A stretch of 64,000 bases of DNA, taken from Eledone cirrhosa. Lineage: Eukaryota. The DNA is taken from assembly GCA_964016885.1 (NCBI GenBank), contig OZ024741.1:162936001-163000000 (forward strand), read 5' to 3'. The position numbers and the translations under genes were made by a program. Under the pieces are notes generated by a model that ran no database searches, had not been told where the DNA came from, and worked only from the letters and a program-made list of their open reading frames with translations. Shown in pieces: positions 38,251 to 51,799 of this stretch (position 1 is the first letter of the stretch; each line of letters starts with the position of its first letter).

Positions 38251-38889
38251 ATGCATAAATACAAGTACACAGACAAATACACACTAAGCAAATATTTAGA
38301 AAGGAACATTACAGATGTATTAAATTAATACTTCAACTATTGCGTTCGGATAAATGGAGCTAACCATCCAAAATGGGAGTCAGCCTCAGCCAAGGGAGCA
38401 TAGTGTCCTTTTCATAATCAACATGAGAAAGATTGATATGCGCTGTCGGGTTGTAAGTGGTATCACAACTGGTGGGTGTAAATTCAGTCGACTGGAATTG
38501 CAGGTGACATGATGCTGCTTAACTCGTCAGAAGTTGATCTCCGACATGCACTTGATAGGTTCACTACCGAATGCTGCACGGTTAGAATGACTTAGACTCT
38601 CGTTCCATAAGGAACCCCCGCCGTGTAGTATGCATATAGGAGGAATTCCATTGAAGCATTTGCAAAAAATTCAAGTATCTCGGGATCCTGTTCACGAGTG
38701 ATGGAAATCAGGAGGCTGAATTAAGAGCAGGAATTACAGGAACTGGGTCAGTTATGTGACTGCGTCAACATTCGGTCCTCAGAAGAAGATGGATAGGTAT
38801 AAAAGCTAAGCTCAATATCTTCAATTTGTCTTGGGTAATGACCAAAATATATATATATATATATGTTTATTTTTATATATATATATATA

Positions 38890-39350
38890 CTTAACTTGAC
38901 TACATCTAGCGCTATAGTGACTTTATCAAAGAAGGACCTGTATTCAGACTCTTCGTTTGGTGCATAAACTTGCACCACCCATAGAGACCTATATTTCAGC
39001 CTAAGAGAAAAATCCTCCATTCAAATGGGATCCACTCCATAACATATTCTGATAGCCGGGGGCTTGTGAATATCCCCACTCCCACCTGTGCAGTCCTTTC
39101 TGGCGTCACACCTGAATAGAGGAGTTTCCATCCTCCATCCAAATCTACAGTATCAGCCCCACGGAACTTTGTTGAGGAAACTTCGACTATATCTAGCCTG
39201 TAGTATCTAGGCTCCTTACCTATAAGGGTTGTGATGTTCTAAGTTCCAATTCTCAAAGTTTGTTCCCTTCAGAACCCTATTTGGAGTCTCGGGATACGTA
39301 TTTTTTGTGCGTCAATCCCACGCCTCCCAGGAGAGGTCATAGGCCTATCA
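38890..39350 (-). pseudogene. RTE LINE AP-endonuclease remnant
   Basis: LWVVQVYAPNEESEYRSFFD; homologous to 32570-32940. Confidence 0.8.
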
Positions 39351-39794
39351 CCCAACTGGCTCTGTGATTTTCTTCTTTTCCCCAAGGGGGCCGGAACGAC
39401 AGAGCTGCGGAAAATCCCGGGAGAATCCTCTCAGGAGTGCATGGAGGCGTGGTAGAGAAGGATGGGGTTTATTTGGAATGGGAAAATTTATAATTTATAG
39501 TTTGGATTTACAATATTTTTGCGACCCCAGTCCTGTTACTTTTGTGTTTGACCTACGCATTCATAGGATCATCAGACAATATTAAATTTCAAATAGCAGA
39601 GAGAGAGTATAAAGAGGGGAAGACTCGTGGGTGGGAGAATGGAGTTTGTGTGTCTTCGCTAGTTCCTTGCCTTCTTCCCTATCTTCCATTTCATATTTCT
39701 CGCCACCCTTCCTGATTTTCTCGTTTATCTCCCCTACACCTTGTTACTCGCTCTCTTCACCTTATTTTTACCTTTTTTCCGTTTTTTTATTATA

Positions 39795-40090
39795 TTTCTA
39801 GAGCGGAAATGTCGAGCGACCAGAAACTGGATGCCGTGCCAGATATCCCGGGGATGATCGATTAACCTCTTCGCTAGTCGACGACCTGTTCATCCAATAT
39901 AGACAGCCTGGCCTAGAGGGCAACGGAGCCTAAAGACAAGACCGGAGGAGGTGTAGCGGTATGAGTTCCTGACTAGGAAAACCTGGCTGTTGCGACCAGT
40001 GAGGGTTGTGGTGTTGGTGATGAAGTTGCATGTGAGGCAGCGGGGTCTTGAGCCGGAGGGAGATCCGAGGAAGTTGTTGGGGCCAGCGGA
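39795..40090 (-). pseudogene. Neptune-like PLE GIY-YIG endonuclease remnant
   Basis: RPRCLTCNFI...YTSSGLVFRLRCPLGQAVYIG*TGRRLAKRLIDH...VARHF: Cys linker, GIY-YIG, and R..H motifs. Confidence 0.8.
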
Positions 40091-41001
40091 TATACACACA
40101 CAGACACACACACAACTTCAAGTAACAATATTTAGCTCAATGGCATTATCTGCTTTTGATGTCTGTGCCCGATAATCTTTACTTTATGGGCCTCCGTACG
40201 TGTACGTATCCATACGCACATATATGTGTGTGTTCATGTAGTTGTTCGTAATTAAATGGAGTACTCAGCATGTATGCTAGTTTTTGTTTAATCAGGAAAA
40301 TTTGCGTTGTAATTAGAAAAGGATGGAAAAATATAATATATGATTAGTTCTTGGAAAATAACTAATCAGAATTTAGAACGAACACTTCCGAATTCCTGTT
40401 TTCTAGAGATCATATTAACATCTTATCGATGCAGAATATGTGGAAAAAAAAAAAGAAATATCCAAGCTACTACTATTAAATCATACATTACTGCAGCTGT
40501 GTATTTTGCTAAGGCGGAGCCCCTATGAAAACAGATTAAGAGCAACCGCCTTCTCTAACCAAGTGTACTTTACAAAAACTAAAGTTTAAAATAAATATTT
40601 CAATGATTAAAGTATTCTTCACCGGTATTTATACAATGAAAATAAGATTGTTTTTAACTGAATACATAAACCATGTGATACCTTTTCAGAGTAGCTGTGT
40701 CAATATTTGCATTTAAAAATATCAAAAATAAAACATTTCCATTTAAATTTAAAATCGTTGCCAGTTGAATTTTGTCTTAATCATACGTCACTCTTAGAGT
40801 GCAGCTAATCTAACAGTTCTCAATTGATGCTCACAAGGAGTCAGTATCACGTTAAATAATGCATTTCTTTCTTTATTCAATCCGAACTCTTGACTTAGCT
40901 GATGCCATGCTTATAATTGGCAATTTGTCATCGTAATGTTTATCGTAATGTTTATCGTTGCTGAATGTTTGCATAATCAATATGTCGACACACAGTCTAC
41001 A

Positions 41002-41014
41002 ATTAGTGTGTTAC

Positions 41015-41051
<37 letters not shown>

Positions 41052-41084
41052 AACACTAGGAACATTATAGGAACATTAGTGTGT

Positions 41085-41135
<51 letters not shown>

Positions 41136-41171
41136 GTAACACACTAATGTTCCTATAATGTTCCTAGTGTT

Positions 41172-41220
<49 letters not shown>
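41002..41220. repeat. Scrambled direct and inverted micro-duplications interleaved with (TA)n
   Basis: 41048-41090 and 41131-41175 are inverted copies made of the PLE tip (aggaacactag) plus flanking attagtgtgttaca. Confidence 0.85.
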
Positions 41221-41223
<3 letters not shown>

Positions 41224-41790
41224 AACACTAGAAGGTAATATCCGTAGTGGTAGAGCTCTCAGTCCATGGGACGAGTTTGGTAGAAGTAGTAACACAATAG
41301 TTAGTTCACCATACCGAGAACAATTGTTTCACCCTAGCGGATCTTCAGCTCGTACTGGTCATGGTTATACGAAACAGGAAGAACAACAGTCTGAACGCGC
41401 ATGCGCAGAAACGGTCACTCCACCCAAGCGATACACAGTCACGGGCGAAAGGTGTAAGGGAGATAACTGTGAAAGTCCGGAAAAGGTGTTCGAGTTGATT
41501 AGAAAATTAGAATGTTGTTGTTAATCAATCCGGAGCTTTGTAGTTGTGCAATAGGTGTTTCCAGGCATGTGGACAACGTGTGAAGATTTCCCAACTTGAA
41601 TTTAGGCAATCGGTATTGCGTAATCCCCTTAGAATATTTATCCTTTCTTCAATACACAGCCCACAGGACGGATTGCCCCTAGCATATGGTTTGGACTTAG
41701 TGATGGCTTTCCATTGAATGGAGTAGTCTATACCTGAATCCTTGAGGGACCATACGTGGCTCGCGAGTTTTGTGGATGATCGTTTGTCCA
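41221..41790 (-). mobile_element. 5'-truncated Naiad-type PLE: GIY-YIG C-terminus, pLTR and hammerhead
   Basis: ORF 41525-41791 STKLASHVWSLKD...WK...PY...CGLCIEER...LNS..E..TRCPH; TA repeats at both ends; same family as 60955-61600. Confidence 0.85.
41315..41352 (-). ncRNA. Minimal type I hammerhead ribozyme, intact core
   Basis: Minus strand: cgag-CTGAAGA-tccgctagggt-GAA-ACAATTGT-T-ctcg. Confidence 0.85.
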
Positions 41791-43232
41791 TATATATTTC
41801 TTTAGCTACCCTATATATATATAAGAAAGTAAGTCCATAGAATCATTTGATAATTTAATATTTGACTGAAAAGTATACAAAAGAAAAATATTTATAAAAA
41901 CCTCAGTTGAATAAACGAGAGTAAGAGTCTAAAGAAGAACACAAAAACGCAATTGGAAAAAAAATTCTTATCGATTGGAATATAAATAGATGAGAATAGC
42001 TATACGTATCTTTATTGATCATACGCATTTTTTACCATCATATGAGACAGAAGAAACCTCTATTGACAAAGATATATAGAAATGGGAGTAACAATATATT
42101 TTGAGTGATAAGTTAAATGGTAACATCATGTAAGGATTTAACAGAAAATATCTGAAAAATGGGTTGTTAATTCAAAAGTTTACAGAATCTTTACTTGTCG
42201 ACAGGTCATTGTGAAAAGTATAAAACAGCACGCTAACTGTATGACATCAAAATTTAAAATATGTACTGTAATACTACAAATCTTTACAAATCCATGTGGT
42301 AGAGATTGTTAAGACCTAAGGGGACATTTGTGTATTTGATTGCATTTATCTGAAATTATATTATTGTGTTTTTATCTATGTAAATTAAAATAAGTTTATC
42401 ATTGTCCATTTATATGTAGACAGCTTTTCAACAAGAGTTCTGTATTACGATTAACTCTTTCTTCCATTTAATAGATCACCCACAGAGATACCGATAGGTT
42501 ATCATTGCTTTGATACATTTATTCTCCTTCTACGTGAACAGATTTATAAAGTTTGTTTAGGACAGTGTATTATTTCGTGAAAACTATTCTGTCCACCGGG
42601 ACCGCGGGGCAGCCAACGCGTGGACCCCCATATGCTTATAACAGTGAGAGATGGCAGGAAGAGCGAGAGAGACGGAGGCAGTGACAATAGGAATTTGAAT
42701 CTATTATGTTCAGTCCTTGTTCGGAATCTTTCTTTCTGCTTATTCTCCAACTAAGCCTATTACTTTTTGTACATTAAGAAACAGCTTTCTCCACATACTC
42801 CATGATTTAAACCAACAGTTTTCGCAAAGCATTTTCGTATATTATATTTTTCTTCCTCCCCTTAATGTATATCACTAATTTCAATTGATTTGACATCTAG
42901 ATTTGTTATGCTTTTAATTTAAAATAATCATATTTGTACACCTAGATGTTACCCAACCCCTCAAAACCTACTTGAAGTGGAATTGCCTCACTGTGTATGG
43001 CTGGTTAGAGAGAAATAAGAGAAATAAAAATTGTAAAGGAATATCTACGTTTCCAAGATGGATAAGTTAAATTAAATATATGTGTCCTTCAAACTACACT
43101 AGCCACTTGTCGACAATATATGAATTCTGTAATTAACATGGTAAACCACTCAATGTATAAAAAATATTATAAACCTTTAGAGAACGTGTTATAATAGATA
43201 CTTGGGATTTTCTCCGATTTCTGGGATAATAC

Positions 43233-43613
43233 CAGACTTGTCAACTCTCCCCGTTCGACGGGGAGATATCCCACCAACTTTGGGGTGGGTGAGAGATATC
43301 TTCTCTTGTGAAAATTGGTATAGTTTTCATTATGGATTGGCAGTATTGGTAGAGGGCTCTGACGCCATGTTTTGACACATAGAGTTACGGCCCTTGCCAT
43401 TCTGAGTTCAAATCCCGCCAAGGTTAACTTTGCCTTTCATCCTTACGGGGTCGATAAAATAAAGTACCAGTAATGTACTGGGTAATTGCTGGCCTTGTGC
43501 CAAAAGTAGAAACAATTATGTAAATTCTCCACATTTTGCCTCATTTTTCCCCCGTTTGGGGGCACTTTTTTCATGGTACTCCTGCTTTCGGTTTTTAGAG
43601 GTTGGCAGGTCTG
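43233..43613. mobile_element. hAT-like MITE interrupted by a SINE
   Basis: TIR cagacttgtcaac / gttggcaggtctg; ataatac on both flanks. Confidence 0.75.
43335..43515 (+). mobile_element. SINE family A nested in the MITE
   Basis: attatg is duplicated on both sides; the empty site ttttcattatgtaaa is present in the 16-kb MITE copy. Confidence 0.9.
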
Positions 43614-44721
43614 ATAATACGCATCGACAATTGTGGATATCTGTAATACTGCAAATATTTCAATACACTCTGTCAATAATAGCGATAATGCGATAATGTG
43701 TACTAACAATGAAGTAAATAAATCAGATATGCAAACATCAACGTTGTGGCAGGTTCACCTGTTATTGTATACTCAGCACAATACAATTTCATATAACATC
43801 TGAATTGTTAAGAATATGTTATTACATATAATACATGCATGCTCATATGGAAAAAGGATTTGCATTTAGCAGTATAATGTGTGAATTTCTGAAGTCTTAA
43901 AGAGGAAATTGTTCAAAGTCGTAAAACTCACATTTTCAGAACTATTTATAACACATAAATATCTGCCATAGATATCGGAACATGTTACAAATGCTATGAT
44001 TGATGTTTTAAAAAACCTTATTCATTAAAAGCAGTTTTCTATGTAGAAAAATATTATTAATATACATCTAATGTTAAAAAATGATTTGCTTTGACAAAAT
44101 AAATAGTGGGTTTCTGAGGAGAGAGGTATAGAGAACATATGTTACTTAATCAGGCCAAACATTAAGTGTACTTATTCTACCGGTTTAGATGAGAACTTCT
44201 GGAATCAAACTCACAAATATTCCAGTTTTCTACCATATTCATACACATTGGAAGAAATATGTATTGAAAAAGTAAAATATTAATTATTCGTAAAGCTTTA
44301 AATTATCAACTATTAAAAAATATTGCAAGTTCCCAAACACCTACTTATATATAGTAAAAGGAGCTAATAATATTTTCGAAATTATAAATTAAAACCAGTT
44401 TTTATTCTTCCACCATTTCTAACACGATAAAACTGCATTTGATTGAGGAAATATCATAACAAAATTATATTTGGAATGAAATTAGCTCATAGAAAATGTG
44501 AAACGGAAAGCTAACAATTTGATTACAACATTAATTAGGATATCTGTTAGAACACGAAAAGTGTGAAACAACAGAATGTTCACTTTTCGTGTTCTAACAT
44601 ATATGCCAAGCTTCTTCATAAATTTTTCGGGGATAGCCGTGGTGGTGGTGATCGTATGTCATTGGCTAATTTTCAACCAATCAGAGTAAGTGTTGATATA
44701 TATATATATATATATATATAT

Positions 44722-45030
44722 ACTATTCCCCCTCTCTCTATATATATCTTACGCTTTCGCTTTACACTCCTCCCCTTCAATAACACATTTCCCCCTCTCT
44801 ATATATCTCTTCCACTGTTACTTACGCCTGTTTCTCTCTATCTGTTCCGTCTCTATATATATCTCTCTTACTCTTTCGCTTTGCACTCCTCCCCTTCAAT
44901 ACCATCTCTCCCCCTCTCTATATATTTGTTACTCTATCGCTGCACGCTCCTCTCCTTCAATATATCAATTACACACGCTTTACACTCCTTTATCCCCAGC
45001 GCCCCTATATATACACCCCCCCCCCTCCCG
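44722..45030. repeat. Degenerate ~60-bp pyrimidine-rich minisatellite
   Basis: Recurrent cccctctctatata and cgctttacactcctccccttcaata. Confidence 0.7.
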
Positions 45031-45393
45031 CATCTATATTTTAATGTTCCGTTGCACCGTGAATATATGTGTCTATATATACATATATATTGTATATACA
45101 CATTCATGTATGTGTATACACACTCATGTATGTATATACACTGGTTTTATGTGTGTATTGTAAATTTGTACTGTTAAAACACAAAACTAACATTCGATTG
45201 ACACTTTGATTACCTGTACAGGCAATAGTTATTAGAATGCTGTTGAAGTGTGTATATATTTTGGGGGGACATCCTGTATATACACACATTATATATAATA
45301 CAATAAACAGATAAATACACACATATATATATGAGCTTATTTAATTATAAATATTGTGAATTTTTAACTCAGTTCAATTATATATATAAATGA

Positions 45394-45440
45394 CTTCTAC
45401 AGGACTAGAACTGTTTCATTCGAAAGAAATCATCATAATA
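45394..45440 (-). ncRNA. Degenerate hammerhead in a PLE-like remnant
   Basis: Minus strand: ATGATGA-tttc-tttc-gaat-GAA-ACAG-ttctagtc-CTGT-A. First core C mutated; stem I decayed. Confidence 0.4.
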
Positions 45441-46082
45441 TTGAGAGGGGGGACTAGATAAAATATTTCAAATCAAATGTGTATAAGTTATAAGTTAAAA
45501 TGTATAAATAGAGACGATAGTGGAGGTATATCTGTTTAGTGGAACAGTAGACGATAGAATTAAATACAGACGAGAATCTCCCTTTAATGAAACAGCAGAC
45601 GATAGAATTAAGGCAATTTAAATTTTAAGCATTTGCATTTTTGCCTTTCATCGTTACGGGGTCGATAAAATAAAGTACCAGTAATACACTGTCACTATAA
45701 GTAGACGACTTTCAAATTGAATTGTTGGTTCCATTTCTTTAGTATTTTCAATTGTAGTTATCTACTTAAAAAGCGTTACACGGTTAGAGACATAATTGGT
45801 AAGTTATATCTTCCCTATTAAACCATTGCATTATTTCGCCTACAATAGAACAAAAATGAAATGTTCTTTAAAGAAACAGGAATATAACTTTATAAAAAAA
45901 AAAGTTGCATCCGCTTCTTTTATCATTGATAATTTTTTCGTTTTAATATTAATTGTTTTTTGTAGTTGTTTATATTAAAAATCTTACTGTAATATTTACT
46001 TAAACGAAAGCAGACATCTAAACTTATAGATTAATCTTGAGCGAAGGACTAGATAAATCTCTCTCTCTCTCTCTCTCTCTCC

Positions 46083-46119
<37 letters not shown>

Positions 46120-46169
46120 AACGAAGAATGATAAAATTTCAAGCAAAGAGTTTAATTAGGTAATGACTT

Positions 46170-46281
46170 ACAAATTTGTTTCAGTATATAGACAAAGCCT
46201 GAAGCGCTAATTATAATAATTAGTTAATAATATTACAAAATATATTAATATTATATTAAATATATACTGAAACAAATTTGT
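46170..46281. repeat. Short inverted repeat, 21-bp arms
   Basis: acaaatttgtttcagtatata / tatatactgaaacaaatttgt. Confidence 0.7.
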
Positions 46282-46619
46282 TTAGCAGAAAGTTTCCAGA
46301 CAAGAAACACGCATATTTTGCTATCCTCAAACACGTTTACACATGGCATGAAATATAACTAATCCGAGATGGCTAGGTTTCATCTTCTAACTGGATAAAC
46401 GAAATCCATTATGTCTTGACAACAACATGAGGTAACATTATGTTATTCACAGACACACTTTGTACACTGTTCCATATCAGAATGTATTTCCTTCGTCACA
46501 TTCACAAACAGTATTGAAAATATGTTCTTCGGCAAATAAAAATGTTTTGTTCATAATATTTCAACTAGCGATTGCTCTACTCCACGCACGACCACCATAA
46601 ATTAATGACCAGCTCAACA

Positions 46620-46792
46620 CAAGTATTGGTAGAGCGTCAGACACCATGCTTTGCAGTATTGTTATGGTCCTTTGCATTCTAAGTTCAAATCCTGCCGAGG
46701 TTAACTTCGACTTTCATACTTACTAATTCGATAAAATAAAGTACCAGTAATGGACTGCCGTAATGGATTTGTGCCGAAAAATAGAAACACTA
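46620..46792 (+). mobile_element. Diverged SINE family A
   Basis: aagttcaaatcctgccgaggttaac...gataaaataaagtaccag. Confidence 0.8.
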
Positions 46793-47345
46793 TTAATGTG
46801 CAATAAGAGCAAAATATAACGACATTGCTCAATTATTTTATCTAATGTTGTAATAACACAAGGAAATGTTGTTTGTGTATTTTTTTTTATATTTGCTCAT
46901 AGGCTTTTACAATTTCGCTCAGCCAACAACTATTAAAAAGTGAGTTGCTTAAGATAACAATTTAATCACAAATTGTTGCTATCTTTTAATACACACCAAC
47001 AAGTCATCAAATTATGTACAATAAAAACAAATCTTATTAATTTGCTCAGGGAATATAAAGAAAATGTATATACACTGATAATTGCAATTGTATGTAAATA
47101 TTTTGTATTTGTATTGTTTATTTTATGTCTTCTATTATGTATAATATATTGATTTAATATTGATTGTTTTTTGTAGTTGTTTATATTAAAAGTCTGAAAA
47201 TATTTTTATACATCTTACACTAATATTTATAAGATAATTTATAATAACAATTACATAATCTAATTACATTACAACGATAATTTATTATTAATATATATCC
47301 TGTTTAACTAGAGTTATTACAAGCGTTGCCTTAAAAAAATATTAA

Positions 47346-48302
47346 ACTAGACATGAAAAATGCGCAAGCTCAAAAGTGCCACAGAATGTTATAATAAACC
47401 TTCAAAAGTGTGGGACTAGAGTTGTTGCTAAAAAATATTGTAATCATTATATATCGTACATTCTGTGGCATCCTTTATAAAAATAGCTTAAACCAACGAA
47501 GCCTTTATTTTTACGCTATTTCACTTAGTTAATTCTTAGAGTGTAACATATAAAAATAAATACATCTATGTTTAATGTAATAACAGCTATAAATAATTAC
47601 GTAATATTATTATCATATACTCATAGTAACAAAATAATTGTGTTGAAAATTAATATGATGCTTATATGAACGATCAAATCTATAATGATAATTTCTTAAA
47701 TATACTAATAGTAAAATAATTTAGTTATCTATTGTTACATTTTCATAGAACTATAATATTAACAATCGTATTGCATTATCAAATTTTTATCACTACAAAC
47801 TTTCATATTGGAATTACCTTAAGCCACTTATTATTACTTCGCTTTCGTACTTTTACAGCTGTAGATATTGCGCTGTATCTTATATCTAATATCAATATCT
47901 CATGGTAATTTGCATGCAGTGTAAAATAGGTTTATTAATAACTTTAATATGAAATGTATTATACAGGGCTGCGGAGTCGGCTAAAAATTGACTGGCTCCA
48001 ACTCAGGATCCGATACTCCATTATTTCCTAAATTTCAGCTCCGCAGCTCTGTTATTATATTAATTAATTTATTTTATAGTTGTAAATCATATTTTTATAT
48101 GTTACACTCTAAGAAGTAACTAAGTGAAATAGCGTAAAAATAAAGGCTTCGTTGGTTTAAGCTATTTTTATAAAGGATGCCACAGAATGTACGATATATA
48201 ATGATTACAATATTTTTTAGCAACAACTCTAGTCCCACACTTTTGAAGGTTTATTATAACATTCTGTGGCACTTTTGAGCTTGCGCATTTTTCATGTCTA
48301 GT
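47346..48302. repeat. Inverted repeat pair, 213-bp arms (47346-47558 / 48090-48302)
   Basis: Near-perfect reverse complement (one mismatch seen); 531-bp spacer. Confidence 0.92.
47964..48051. mobile_element. 88-bp hAT-type MITE
   Basis: TIR cagggctgcggag / ctccgcagctctg; 8-bp TSD gtattata / ttattata. Confidence 0.75.
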
Positions 48303-49289
48303 AAATAAAATGCTCAATTTATTGTTAATGGCAGCGTCAATGCAGGTAAATATGAAATATTATAATTCTATTACTGAATTGAAATCAATGTTCCATCGTT
48401 CTCAGCATTATCCCATTAAGTACTCAAGCGGGAGGATTAATTCAAAAGTGCCAACTAGTTCAACACAAAGATATTCTTAAAGCCATTATGAAATTCGTTG
48501 TTAATATACTGACAAAAGAGCTATGCTTGTTTCGTAGCATCATATATTATATACCGATTAAAAAACGGTTATGAACCATATATGATATAAATATGAATAA
48601 AAAAAATGTAAGCAAGAAGAAAGATAGAGAAATAAACAGTAAGAAAAACATATTACTAGACCTCTTTGAAGAAAACCTATATAGATAATACATGCGATTG
48701 AAAAAAATGAAAAGAAATGACCATGGAATTAAGAAAGAATACCCTGAATTAAAAAGCTATATAAACTCTGTGTGAAGTGTTAAATGAGAGATAGAAAATC
48801 AATTATTAACAAGTATTTATGTGTAAATGTGCAACGATAGGGATTGAAATAAAAAATGAAATGAAATTTACAGCTCTAACATATGTAGATTTAGCTGGCT
48901 TACGAGATAGCAGCTCATAGGAGCTTTTTCGGATGTTTTAAAGATAATGGCTCCAGTCCTATCATGAACAGAAACATAAATTGAAGAGTCTTGCTGAACA
49001 GCACAACACAGCACACCACCCATAATCGCGAATCCTTCACTGTAACTACTAGGCTACACGCCTTCACTTGATATGGATTACACGATGTAGAATATTCTTC
49101 GATAGTTGTAGTGTTTGAAATGTGTGACCGAAATTTAATGAATGAAACATTTAAAATAATATAATTTAAGGACTATAAAAGGGATTGTAATATATTTGTT
49201 TCATTTTATGTTTCGTCTAAAAGTATTTTAGCTATATCTTATATCAATTGAAAATAAAATAACAATGGTGATATCTTGAACATGTGTCT

Positions 49290-50030
49290 TTGTATTCGAA
49301 CTCTGTTTGGCGCATAAACTTGCACCACCCACAGAGCAGATTTTGAGTATCCGCACTCCCATCTGTGCAGTCATTTGTGGCGCTACGCCTATATAGTGGA
49401 GTTCTTATCTAAATCTACAGCACAGGAGCCACGGAAGAGGAGTACCAGACTATATCAAGCCGGTAGCATCTGGCTTCCTCTACCACCCCCTCCCTTACCT
49501 GTAAGTTTTGTAACGTCCTAGTTCCCAATGATCAAGGATTACTCCGTTCCAGACTCTCTTTGGGGTCTCGGGATACATAACCTTTGTTCATCCACCTCAC
49601 GTCTCCCAGGACAGGTCGTAGGGCCATCGTCACTTCTTGCAGCGTTGGATGGAAATTGCAATATATTTTCCGAACAGGTCCCCTGCCTAAGTATTGGAGG
49701 CATGTCATGTTATCCCGCGTGATACAGGGCTTTGGTTGTCGTATTCGCACTAGTCACCAATTCGGTATTTTTCTCATACCGATGAAGACTAAAGACTAGA
49801 CCTATTTTAGAGGCGGTCTTTACTCGCTTCGTCCTAGTTACATTACTGGGTTTTGAAACTTTTCTTGGAAAGTAACATTATCACCAATTGCTCTATATCC
49901 CCTAGTAGTTTACCCCTGTTGATCCGGGGCCGCTTATTCGTCCGACAGGAACGAGCTTTTATGACAACTAACCATCAGATCTGGTAGTCATACCGCTATA
50001 CGCCACCTACGACCCCTTCAATAGCAGAAC
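49290..50030 (-). mobile_element. RTE LINE 5' UTR and start of the endonuclease
   Basis: Homologous to 38890-39350 and 32315-32900 (WVVQVYAPN, IGN*DVTKLTGK). Confidence 0.7.
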
Positions 50031-50299
50031 AGTTCTGAGGAGAATAATTTTATTTTGTTTCTTATAACTAATGATTGTTAAATAAGATCCTATAAAACCG
50101 ATTTGGAAGTAGATTTTTTAGTTCTATCAATTTCATATCTGAATTAATACCCCACCCATATAATGATAAACTGTCTACATTGTATATTTAATGAGCAGTA
50201 AGGGTCCACAAAGCCACATTTAGACTGTAGCATTCTCCGTGATGACGTAGAAGGTTTTGCAACATTATTTATGAAATGTTTGGTGGCATTCCAATAATC

Positions 50300-50620
50300 T
50301 AACTGTCCACAAGGGTAAAGACCATGGGCTTTGTACCTAGAAAGTTCCCCTCTAAGGCAAAGTCCGGGAAAGGTTGTTTGTGGAAGACCAGTAGTCGCCT
50401 ATGCATAGCAGTCTCCCCTCTCCACGCCACTGATGTTGCCCAAGGCAAAGGCAAATGCCGGCTACAGCTTGGCACTAGTGACATTACAACTCATTTCTAC
50501 AGCTGATTGAATAGGAGCAACGTGAAATAAAGTGATTTGCTCAAGAAAACAGTGCAAAGAATCAAACTCACAACCTTGTGATTGTAAGCCCGATGCTGTA
50601 ACCACAAAGTCATGCGCTTT
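50300..50620 (-). mobile_element. SINE family B, long form
   Basis: ggagcaacgtgaaataaagtgatttgctcaag core shared with ~20915-20945. Confidence 0.7.
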
Positions 50621-51799
50621 CACTGTCCACAGCCATTTATAAGACATGGAATTTCAATAAAATCTTTTGTATTATGCTCTTTGACACTGGGTATGAATTT
50701 ACGATAAGAAAACTGCAATATATAAATACTATATTCACTTCATTATTGTGCCTCTACATTCCACTAAATATTTAGATATGTTCTGTACATCCTATGGGCT
50801 ATTCACCAAAGATATGATTTCACCGGAATATCAGTTCTATACATACCTATGGGCTGCGCACCGGTGAAATTATCACAGGTGAATATAATAAAATTATTAT
50901 TTTCAAAAATATATGAATACAACAACTATATTAGATCATGAAAATAGAATTCATATTGAAAGTTCATAGCATCCTATTAGAATAGGATATATTGATTTCA
51001 TTCATTGGCAAGAGGCCAATTGGAATAGAAAATGTGATGCTCTGTTGAGAAACAAAATTAATTCAGCATCTTGTTATATAATTGAAATAATTTAATTATA
51101 TAAGAAGCAAAAGTCATATATATTATTTTTACATTCCCGATACACAATAAAATATAGAAAGTCTCTAAAAGAAAGCTATTATAGACGTCAATAATAAAAT
51201 TTAATATGAGCTGCTCTTTGGGGTTTTCGTCTTTGAACAACATTTCAATAATTTTTGTTAATATCTAAATAAAAAACATAATATTTCTATTCACACAACT
51301 ATTAAGAAAACTTTTACTTTTTATGTTCAGAAATATTAGATTTAGTGATTTAAAGCGAAAAATATGACGTTTTCATTAAGGAATCTGTTTTGAAACATTG
51401 TTTTCCTTTAGAAAAATATATTAAAACACAACTGTTATCGTATATATGTAAGGGTATGTATGTGGTGAGTCATTGCCGTCGGCCATGACGATGAGATTTA
51501 CAATCGGCTGAGCATAACACGGACACTTGTGTAACAAGGATAGCCCACTAGCACAATTATCTTTTCCCGATCGAAGTTATGACTTTACAACTGTGAGACT
51601 CAAAGCGCTGACCACTAATCCATCCTTGATCAAGTCACTGCAGCGTTAGTTGTAGTTAAGACTGAGTCATATATCATAATGAGAAACCTCCATGCAAATG
51701 TTAGCACTGACATGTAAAGGAATGATTGGAAGGAATGGCGTTCCCGATCTAAATGCGAATGGGGGGGGGGGGGGCTTATTGGACGTCTGTTTTAGTAAT

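Noticed and set aside
39888-39895. In-frame TGA after YIG as possible selenocysteine (some Naiad PLEs are selenoproteins)
   Set aside because: The position is normally Glu/Gln, the element is Neptune-like and otherwise decayed, and no SECIS was recognised. The Naiad-type fragments here use ordinary Cys codons.
40420-40450. YRCRICGKK, C2H2 zinc-finger-like start
   Set aside because: No His pair or linker follows; runs into a poly-A tract.
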